Notes under the pieces: model-generated
Databases searched by the model: none
Told to the model about the DNA's origin: nothing
The model's input: the letters and a program-made list of their open reading frames with translations, nothing else
Part shown: positions 57,427 to 64,000 of the stretch, piece after piece
Layout of the letters: every line of letters begins with the position of its first letter
How positions within the stretch are numbered: the stretch's first letter is position 1
Translations under genes and position numbers: made by a program
NCBI GenBank assembly: GCA_965261835.1
Contig: OZ253478.1
Location: forward strand, 2,206,914 to 2,270,913
Direction: 5' to 3'
Source of the DNA: Dehalococcoidia bacterium
Lineage (GTDB): Bacteria > Chloroflexota > Dehalococcoidia > SHYD01
DNA length: 64,000 nt

Positions 57427-58086
57427 ATGCCCGTAATTACTGCCCTCTTGCCACAGCCCCGTCGCCGTAATCGGATCGACCTCTACCTCGATCAACGGTA
57501 CGTTCTCACGCTCCCCCGCGCCCTTGTGGAAGACACCGGTCTGCATATTGGCGAGGAGGTCCCCGAGGAGCGCCTAGAGTGGCTGGCCGAGACAACCACC
57601 TACCGCATCGCGCTCGACGTGTCCTACCGTTACTTGGCGCACCGGCCCCGCAGCGAAACGGAGGTGCGCACTCGCCTGCGCCGTCACAAAGCCAGCGACA
57701 CGCTCATCGAGCGCGTCATTGCGCATCTTAAAGAGCAGCGCTTCCTGGACGATCCCACCTTCGCTCGGCTCTGGGCCGAAAGCCGCACGGCTCATAGCCC
57801 ACGGAGCGGACGGATGGTGCGCTGGGAGTTGCGGCAACATGGCATCGATCCTGATCTGGCCGCAACATCCACGGAGATGCTGGATGACGAAGCAGCGGCA
57901 TACAGCGCGGCGGGGCGGCGGGCAGGACGGTTATCCACGGCCAACTATCAGGGCTTTAAGAAACGCTTGGGCGACTTCCTCTTACGGCGCGGCTTCAGCT
58001 ATCATGTGATGGCTAGTACAGTAGAGCGTCTCTGGCAAGAGCGCGCCGGCAGCGCGCCTGAAGACAGCGAGCCTGACGGGCTTTAA
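57427..58086 (+). CDS. recX: Recombination regulator RecX
   Basis: IDLYLDQRYVLTLP.....TGLHIGEEV, then three-helix repeats with YRYLAHRPRSETEVRTRLRRH and FLDDPTFARLWAESR. Start chosen at ATG 57427. Confidence 0.85.
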   Translation: MPVITALLPQPRRRNRIDLYLDQRYVLTLPRALVEDTGLHIGEEVPEERLEWLAETTTYRIALDVSYRYLAHRPRSETEVRTRLRRHKASDTLIERVIAHLKEQRFLDDPTFARLWAESRTAHSPRSGRMVRWELRQHGIDPDLAATSTEMLDDEAAAYSAAGRRAGRLSTANYQGFKKRLGDFLLRRGFSYHVMASTVERLWQERAGSAPEDSEPDGL

Positions 58087-58090
58087 TGAG

Positions 58091-59101
58091 GTGACGATGG
58101 CAGCACGAGAGCGCATAGGGTTGGCAATGCCCATTTGGGAGGGATTGGCGATACAGGAGCAGGTGGAGATCATCCAGTACGCCGATGCTTTGGGGTACGA
58201 AGTGTTCTGGATGGGGGAAGCCTGGGGGCAGGAGGTGTTCAGCACGCTTGCCTGGCTATCCGCCCGCACCTCCAACATCCAGCTGGGTGTGGGCATAGCC
58301 AACGTATTCAGCCGCACGCCAGGGCTTATGGCCCAAAGCACAGCCACACTGGACCGCCTGTCGGGCGGGCGCGCCGTACTGGGATTGGGCACCAGCGGGC
58401 GCATTGTGGTGGAGAACTGGCATGGCGTGCCTTTCGATCGCAGCGTACAACGGCTGAGGGAATACACCGAGATCGTCCGCATGGCGCTCCACGGTGAGCG
58501 GGTGGACTACGATGGAACGGTGTTTAAGTTACGGGGCTTCAAGATGCGCGCGCTGCCGGACCGTCCGGACATCCCCATCTACATCGCGTCCATCAGCCCG
58601 GCCGGGATACGCGTGACCGGGCAAGTAGCGGATGGTTGGTTCCCCATCTGGATGAAACCTGAATACATCACGGAAAATGTTGCCAATATTCAAGCCACTT
58701 CCAGCGCCGCGGGACGCAGCCCCGACGCTGTGGAGATTGCGGCCGGGGTGCACTGCGCCGCCAGTCCTGACCCCGCTGCCAGAGACTTAGCCAGATCGCA
58801 TATTGCGTACTACATCGGCGGCATGGGAGTGTTCTACTACGAATCGGTGCAGCGCCAGGGCTTCGCAGAGGCTGCCGACGCCATCCGCACGGCATACGTA
58901 AGCGGCGACCGTAAACGGGCCGCCGACCTAGTGCCGGACGCTATGCTGGATAGCATAATGGCCGTGGGAAACACCGACACCATTCGGCAGCGTATCGACG
59001 CATACCGCAGCGCCGGAGTATCGTTGCCCATCGTGGAGTTTGTCCACGGTCTCTCCAATCAGCAAATCCGGGATACTATTGCAGCGCTTGCTCCCCGCTG
59101 A
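58091..59101 (+). CDS. LLM-class (luciferase-like) flavin/F420-dependent oxidoreductase
   Basis: GLAMP.......E.V...Q.AD.LGYEVFWMGEAWGQEVF..LA.L.ARTS.I.LGVGIANV..R.P...A.S.ATLD.LSGGR..LGLG.SG, the TIM-barrel LLM pattern. An alternative ATG start is at 58097. Confidence 0.8.
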   Translation: MTMAARERIGLAMPIWEGLAIQEQVEIIQYADALGYEVFWMGEAWGQEVFSTLAWLSARTSNIQLGVGIANVFSRTPGLMAQSTATLDRLSGGRAVLGLGTSGRIVVENWHGVPFDRSVQRLREYTEIVRMALHGERVDYDGTVFKLRGFKMRALPDRPDIPIYIASISPAGIRVTGQVADGWFPIWMKPEYITENVANIQATSSAAGRSPDAVEIAAGVHCAASPDPAARDLARSHIAYYIGGMGVFYYESVQRQGFAEAADAIRTAYVSGDRKRAADLVPDAMLDSIMAVGNTDTIRQRIDAYRSAGVSLPIVEFVHGLSNQQIRDTIAALAPR

Positions 59102-59109
59102 GGTCGCCG

Positions 59110-59430
59110 ATGCCACGCCCTACTAAGGTCGATGTACACCCCGAGGGTTTTTACATTACGTGGGACGACGCCCACGAATCGATGTACCCCAGCCGTTTCC
59201 TTCGGTTCATGTGCAGTTGCGCGAGCTGCGTCTCGGAGTGGACGGGCAAGCGGATGGTCCAGGAGGAACAGATAGCGGAGGGTGTGCACCCGGTGGCGGT
59301 GGATGCGGTGGGCAACTACGCTATCCAGATCACCTGGTCGGACGGTCACAGCACCGGGATCTACCCCTTTGAACGCTTGCGGCAGATGTGCCCGTGCGCT
59401 AGCTGCGCCAACCCTGGTGGCGAAGCATAG
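59110..59430 (+). CDS. DUF971-family protein (gamma-butyrobetaine-hydroxylase N-terminal-like zinc domain)
   Basis: WDDAHESMYPSRFLRFMCSCASCVSEWTGKR...I.WSDGHSTGIYPFERLR..CPCASC matches the DUF971 pattern. Confidence 0.7.
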   Translation: MPRPTKVDVHPEGFYITWDDAHESMYPSRFLRFMCSCASCVSEWTGKRMVQEEQIAEGVHPVAVDAVGNYAIQITWSDGHSTGIYPFERLRQMCPCASCANPGGEA

Positions 59431-60407
59431 TGCGCGCACTCATCACTGGCGTCGCCGGTTTCATCGGTTCCCATTTGGCGGAAGCACTCCTTGCCCAGGG
59501 GCATGCAGTAGTGGGCCTCGACTGCTTCACGGACTACTACGACCCCGCGCTCAAGCGGCACAACCTCACAGGATTTCAATCTCACCCGGCCTTTCAATTC
59601 ATCCAAGCCGACCTGGTAGCCGCGGACTTGTCGCCGTTGCTCCGTGACGTTGACTGGGTATTTCATCAAGCGGCGCAGGCCGGGGTGCGGGCAAGCTGGG
59701 GGAAAAGCTTCGACGTCTACACCAAGGACAACGTTCTGGCAACGCAGCGCCTGCTGGAAGCAGCCAAGGACCATCCGCTGCGCAAGCTGGTCTACGCATC
59801 TTCATCCTCGATCTATGGGGATGCCGAGAGCTTTCCCACCCCGGAGACGGCCCTACCACGCCCGCTATCACCCTACGGTGTCACTAAACTGGCCGCGGAA
59901 CACCTCTGCTATCTGTATTGGCGCAACTATGGCGTGCCCACGGTCTCATTGCGGTACTTTTCGGTCTACGGGCCGCGGCAACGGCCGGACATGGCGTTTC
60001 ACAAATTCGGGCGGGCGCTGCTCCAGGGTGATCCCATTGCCATCTATGGTGACGGGCGCCAAACCAGAGACTTCACCTTTGTGAGCGACGTTGTCCGCGC
60101 CAACCTCCTCGCGGCAGAACACGGGCAGACCGGCGAATCCTACAATATCGGGGGGGGCGCGCGTGTGTCCTTGTTGGAAACCCTGAAGCTTCTAGAGCAC
60201 ATCTCCCAACGGACGGCCAACGCCGACTTCCAATCTGCCGAGCGCGGCGACGCCCGCCATACTGCAGCGGACATCAGCAAGGCGCAGGAGCAGTTAGGGT
60301 ACCAGCCGGCAGTGGATCTGCCGACCGGCTTGGCTGCAGAAGTAGCGTGGCTGGAGCAGCTGCTCACCCGGTACACCGGTGCAACGACGCTGAATGCCCT
60401 CCCCTAA
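59430..60407 (+). CDS. NAD-dependent sugar-nucleotide epimerase/dehydratase (extended SDR)
   Basis: ALITGVAGFIGSHLAE (GxxGxxG), SSSSIYG, and the YGVTK catalytic YxxxK. GTG start overlapping the upstream stop. Confidence 0.85.
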   Translation: MRALITGVAGFIGSHLAEALLAQGHAVVGLDCFTDYYDPALKRHNLTGFQSHPAFQFIQADLVAADLSPLLRDVDWVFHQAAQAGVRASWGKSFDVYTKDNVLATQRLLEAAKDHPLRKLVYASSSSIYGDAESFPTPETALPRPLSPYGVTKLAAEHLCYLYWRNYGVPTVSLRYFSVYGPRQRPDMAFHKFGRALLQGDPIAIYGDGRQTRDFTFVSDVVRANLLAAEHGQTGESYNIGGGARVSLLETLKLLEHISQRTANADFQSAERGDARHTAADISKAQEQLGYQPAVDLPTGLAAEVAWLEQLLTRYTGATTLNALP

Positions 60408-60627
60408 GAAATCTGCCTAAGAGATCTGATAGCGGGACACCCGCGACCCATGATTCCCAGCGCCTTTGACCGCTTGCTCATGGTGCCTATCGTTTTCTTA
60501 GCTATAGCAGAAACTGATTACCCAACGGCCAGCACCCAAAACACCGCGCGTCATTGATCGGCTGGATTACCCGCATCCGTTGCGCTTGGCGGGACGTTAC
60601 GGACCGGAGCCCTCAGGAAGGAACAGG

Positions 60628-62268
60628 ATGAGCACAAGCAGCTTAAACGATACCTCCGGTAGCAACCCGTGGGACGAATTCATCAGAAACGTCCAGGTGT
60701 ATTTAGGCACCGGACCACTAGTCATAGAGGAGAATTTCTATAAGTACGGGATAGGATCGAAGTTCGCAGCGACGCGAGAAGCGGTGCTGTCCGACCAGTC
60801 CGGAGCTGATAGCTGGTCCGACCTATTGAAGGCCGCCCTCCAGAGCTCGAATAACAACCTCATTCATTACATTACCAAGTCACGCTTTATTAACTGGATC
60901 AACCAGGATCCTGCTGATGCATTAGCGGCGCTACGGGTACTCTGGGAGCCGGACGCCCCGTCCCTGCGCGATCGAATCACTGCCTTCAACAGCCGGTTGA
61001 CCCCGGAGATAACGGGGACGGGTACTCACACGACACTTATCTCCGTCCTGCTGATGGGACTAGATGTCGAGCAATACCCGCCGTTCGCCAAGAGGCTATT
61101 CAACGACGCGTATCAACGCACGAAGTATAACCAACCGACGAAAGACGCGGACGAGGCGGCGTTGTACGAACACGCACTCGGCTTCCTCGACCGGTTTATC
61201 AAGGAAGCCTCGGAGCGCGGCCTACCCGTGCGCCACCGCCTCGACGCAGAGTCGTTGGTCTGGGCAGTCCTGAGATCTCCTAAGCAAGCCCCGCAGGAAG
61301 AATACGAACTACCCTCCCCTGACGGCCCCACGTCCGACCTCGACGCGCTTGCGGACGCTACACCCGACCTTCGCGCGCTCGGAGAAGAGTTGCTGCTTGG
61401 CGTCGATTTCCTCGAGAATATTGCAGCCTTGCTCGAGGAGAAGCGGCAGGTCATCTTCCAAGGGCCGCCCGGCACTGGAAAAACCTACGTTGCGCAGAAG
61501 CTCGCCGCGTGCCTCGCCGGGTCGGCGGACCGGGTTACCCTCGTTCAGTTCCACCCGTCTTACGCCTACGAAGATTTTATACAGGGCTACCGTCCGGCAC
61601 TCGTGGACGGGCAGCTCAGTTTCGAGCTCCAGAATGGGCCACTGCTGCGGGCCGCAGCGAGTGCCCGGAAGGAGCCGGACGCAAAGCATTTCCTCGTGAT
61701 CGACGAGATCAACCGGGGCAATCTCGCCAAGGTATTCGGCGAGCTCTACTTCCTGCTGGAGTACCGCGACCATGAGATCGACCTCCAGTACGGCGATGAC
61801 AAGTTTCGGCTGCCGCCCAACCTCTACTTCATCGGCACCATGAACACTGCCGACCGCTCCATCGCGCTGGTGGACCTCGCGCTACGCCGCCGGTTCTACT
61901 TCGTCGAGTTCCATCCGCACCAGTCCCCGGTCAAGGGCCTCCTCCGGCGCTGGTTGGACCAGAATGCACCCGATATGGCATGGGTAGCCGACCTCGTTGA
62001 CCGCGCAAACGAGAAGCTAAACGACAGGAACGCCGCCATCGGGCCGAGTTACTTTATGAATCCGAAGCCGCGCCTAGATGATGCTGCGGTTGGCCGCATC
62101 TGGGAGCACAGCATCCTGCCCTACATTGAAGAGCACCTGTTCGGAGAGCACGAGCGCCTCGACGAGTTCGCGCTCGACAGCCTGCGGAAGGCGGGCGCGC
62201 CCGGCGACGCAAACGAGGACGGCGACGGGCAGGACGAGGCAGCCGATAACAACGATGCGCCAGATTGA
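60628..62268 (+). CDS. mcrB: McrB-family AAA+ GTPase (type IV restriction) with unassigned ~280-aa N-terminal domain
   Basis: The C-terminal half has Walker A FQGPPGTGKTY, FHPSYAYEDFIQGYRP, Walker B FLVIDEINRGNLAKVFGEL, and the McrB signature FYFIGTMNTADRSIALVDLALRRRFYFVEF. The N-terminal half has no motif I recognise. ATG 60628 follows GGAAGGAACAGG; the ORF-track TTG at 60580 is also possible. Confidence 0.85.
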   Translation: MSTSSLNDTSGSNPWDEFIRNVQVYLGTGPLVIEENFYKYGIGSKFAATREAVLSDQSGADSWSDLLKAALQSSNNNLIHYITKSRFINWINQDPADALAALRVLWEPDAPSLRDRITAFNSRLTPEITGTGTHTTLISVLLMGLDVEQYPPFAKRLFNDAYQRTKYNQPTKDADEAALYEHALGFLDRFIKEASERGLPVRHRLDAESLVWAVLRSPKQAPQEEYELPSPDGPTSDLDALADATPDLRALGEELLLGVDFLENIAALLEEKRQVIFQGPPGTGKTYVAQKLAACLAGSADRVTLVQFHPSYAYEDFIQGYRPALVDGQLSFELQNGPLLRAAASARKEPDAKHFLVIDEINRGNLAKVFGELYFLLEYRDHEIDLQYGDDKFRLPPNLYFIGTMNTADRSIALVDLALRRRFYFVEFHPHQSPVKGLLRRWLDQNAPDMAWVADLVDRANEKLNDRNAAIGPSYFMNPKPRLDDAAVGRIWEHSILPYIEEHLFGEHERLDEFALDSLRKAGAPGDANEDGDGQDEAADNNDAPD

Positions 62269-63496
62269 CCTCCGGGAGTACGAGAAGCACGCGGGGCTGA
62301 CGCTTTCCGTCGCCGAGCGCGACACGCTGCGTACAGCGTTGCCCCTCACAATTGAGCCGGCCATCGGCAATGGGGCCGCGTACGACGTGACGCCCGGCTC
62401 CACCATCGGCGCGATTGAGATTGGCGATCTGTCCGTGCTTATCAGACCAAAGATCGGCATCCAGACGGTGCTCTCGCTGGCCTGCTATGCAACCGGCGCG
62501 TTCAAACCCCAGGAGATGAAGCAGTTTGGTTTCGAGCAGCAAGAGGCGCTGCCCGATGCGTTAGCGATCGCGCTCACCAACGCCGCTCGCAAAGCGTTCG
62601 CCCGCGGACTGCTTCACGGATACCGCACCGTGGAGGAAACCCTGCACAGCGTGCGCGGGCGCATCAGGTTCGACGAACAGGTCCGGCGCAGGCCCGGCAT
62701 TCCCGTGCCCATCGAAGTGCGCTACGACGAGTTCACCGACGACATCCTGGCGAATCAGTTGGTGAAGGCGGCGGCGGCGCGGCTCAGCCGGATGCGCCTC
62801 CGCTCGCCGCGGGCGCGCCGCGGCCTGGAGCGGGTTGCCGGGATGTTAGACAACGTCTCGCTCGTATCCTTCCCGCTGAACGCCACGCCCGAAGTCGTTT
62901 TCGACCGGCTGAACCAGCACTATCAGAGCGTAGTGGCGCTGGCGCGACTCATCCTGCGTCACAGCGCATTCGAGGCTGGCCGGGGGGAAGTGCGCGCAAC
63001 TGGATTCCTGATGGACATGAACCTGGTATTCCAGGAGTTCATAACCCAGGCGCTAAGGGAAGCGCTCGGCGTATCTGACCGCGTGTTCCGCGCAGACAGC
63101 GGGGTCCACGGCGTTACCCTTGATGAAGCAGGCCGCGTGAGGCTCAAGCCCGACCTCTCGTGGTGGGACGGCTCGATCTGTACATTCGTCGGGGACGCTA
63201 AATACAAAAGGGTGATTGGCGAACGAATCCCCAACGCCGACCTCTACCAGCTGCTCGCCTACGCCACCGCGCTCGATTTGCCGGCCGGGCTGCTGATCTA
63301 CGCCAAGGAGCAGGGTGAGGAGTCGAGCGAGAAGCGCCCGGTGGAACACTGGGTCAGGCACGCCGGCAAGCGGCTGGAGATCGTCGAGCTCGACCTGTCC
63401 GGCACACTAGACGAGATACTCGCGCGGGTCGACACCTTAGCAAACAGGATCAGGGAGTTACGTAATGAGGCGCGCAGACTGAGACGAGCCGCCTGA
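62255..63496 (+). CDS. mcrC: McrC-family nuclease subunit of McrBC system
   Basis: ATG 62255 overlaps the mcrB stop by 14 nt. MRQIDLREYE...LSVLIRPKI...LLHGY....E.L..VRGRI...MDMNLVFQEFI. The C-terminal PD-(D/E)xK-like motif is LKPDLSWW...FVGDAKYK. Confidence 0.8.
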   Translation: MRQIDLREYEKHAGLTLSVAERDTLRTALPLTIEPAIGNGAAYDVTPGSTIGAIEIGDLSVLIRPKIGIQTVLSLACYATGAFKPQEMKQFGFEQQEALPDALAIALTNAARKAFARGLLHGYRTVEETLHSVRGRIRFDEQVRRRPGIPVPIEVRYDEFTDDILANQLVKAAAARLSRMRLRSPRARRGLERVAGMLDNVSLVSFPLNATPEVVFDRLNQHYQSVVALARLILRHSAFEAGRGEVRATGFLMDMNLVFQEFITQALREALGVSDRVFRADSGVHGVTLDEAGRVRLKPDLSWWDGSICTFVGDAKYKRVIGERIPNADLYQLLAYATALDLPAGLLIYAKEQGEESSEKRPVEHWVRHAGKRLEIVELDLSGTLDEILARVDTLANRIRELRNEARRLRRAA

Positions 63497-63586
63497 CCGC
63501 GGCACACAAAGCATCTGGCGATCCTGTCACTACAGCACGTCTAACAACACGGGCACACTGCTGCTCCTGCTTTCTCCTAGGTCTCG

Positions 63587-63616
63587 TTGACACGTTATTG
63601 CACGCTGTGGTACCTT
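63587..63616 (+). promoter_or_regulatory. Candidate promoter of the rpsL (str) operon
   Basis: TTGACA (63587..63592), 18-nt spacer, TACCTT (63611..63616), about 160 nt upstream of the rpsL ATG. Confidence 0.35.
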
Positions 63617-63774
63617 AACTCTTGCGTCCAAGAAGACGCACGCGGGTCGAACTGGCCTGACCATGAGAGCGGTCGGTAGCAAAGTACGAGTACCGGCTAG
63701 TTCATGAAGGAGGCGTTCGACCTATTGTTGTGTTTCATGTGTCGTGCTTCAAGACAAAAGTAAGCGAGACTGCG

Positions 63775-64000
63775 ATGCCTACAATTAGTCAACTCGTGCG
63801 CAAGGGCCGTGAACGGGTCATCAAAAAGACCAAGGCGCCGGCGCTACGATTTACCTACAACTCGCTGACCAGCCGCCTGCACCGTGGCGCGGGCGCACCG
63901 CAAAAACGCGGCGTGTGCACGCAGGTCAAGACCATGACGCCCAAGAAGCCCAACTCGGCGCTGCGGAAAATAGCCCGCGTCCGCCTGAGCAACGGCATAG
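63775..64000 (+). CDS. rpsL: 30S ribosomal protein S12 (5' part; runs off the right edge)
   Basis: Absent from the ORF track because there is no stop in the window. ATG 63775: [24 protein letters not shown]...[33 protein letters not shown], the canonical S12 sequence. Confidence 0.95.
   Translation, partial: MPTISQLVRKGRERVIKKTKAPALRFTYNSLTSRLHRGAGAPQKRGVCTQVKTMTPKKPNSALRKIARVRLSNGI

Noticed and set aside
62078-62254. N-terminal extension of the McrC ORF as listed in the track (start 62078).
   Set aside because: It would overlap mcrB by about 190 nt in another frame, and its translation is Ser/Thr/Arg-rich noise. ATG 62255 (MRQIDLREYE) gives a typical short mcrB/mcrC overlap.
60408-63774. 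McrBC region considered as a bounded mobile element or genomic island.
   Set aside because: No integrase, transposase, tRNA target or flanking direct/inverted repeats could be found by eye. Only compositional impression supports foreign origin, so no mobile_element feature is reported.

Overview
GC-rich, gene-dense bacterial chromosomal window, mostly core housekeeping genes. The lineage cannot be determined from sequence alone. A Chloroflexota- or Actinomycetota-like organism is my inference from gene content: T-box on ileS, F420-type LLM oxidoreductase, class V FBP aldolase/phosphatase, PAC2, Pro/Thr-rich linkers.

Gene content, left to right:
- Partial ileS (missing from the ORF track because it runs off the left edge) with a T-box leader.
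- amtB-glnK.
- Three secreted hydrolases: S8 protease, HtrA and an Amidase_2 protein.
- mtaB and an AmaP-like gene.
- proB, a holin-family membrane protein and the ribD-ribE-ribBA-ribH operon.
- rpoB-rpoC with their own promoter and lineage-specific insertions.
- An SDR, a heptose-kinase-like gene, a B-box membrane protein and a Rieske oxygenase.
- A long minus-strand block: three GT9 heptosyltransferase paralogs, a GT4 and a TagA-like glycosyltransferase, with fabZ, a PHP phosphoesterase and a YmdB-like gene upstream of them.
- moaA followed by an RNase HI-MoaC fusion, then rdgB, a class V FBP aldolase/phosphatase and a ChrB-C-like gene.
- An ECF sigma factor translationally coupled to an Ogt/Ada-Zn fusion and AlkA, then a small SWIM protein.
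- galE-fabF-folC, DUF1802, L25/Ctc, cupin, PAC2, rlmN, a Zn peptidase and fmt.
- recA (with a GAAC-N4-GTTC box), an SRPBCC gene and recX.
- An LLM oxidoreductase, DUF971 and an NAD epimerase.
- A McrBC restriction module, then the start of rpsL (also missing from the ORF track).

I saw no rRNA, tRNA, CRISPR array, transposase or integrase.

Most unusual items:
1. The ECF sigma / Ogt-Ada-Zn / AlkA coupled operon, a possible alkylation-sensing sigma module.
2. The RNase HI-MoaC fusion, whose catalytic N-terminus has no canonical start codon and abuts the moaA stop.
3. A McrBC module with an unassigned McrB N-terminal domain, sitting just upstream of the rpsL promoter.
4. An LPS-core-like heptosyltransferase cluster with no lpx genes in view.

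All motif coordinates were counted by hand and may be off by 1-2 nt. All family assignments come from remembered motifs, not from searches.
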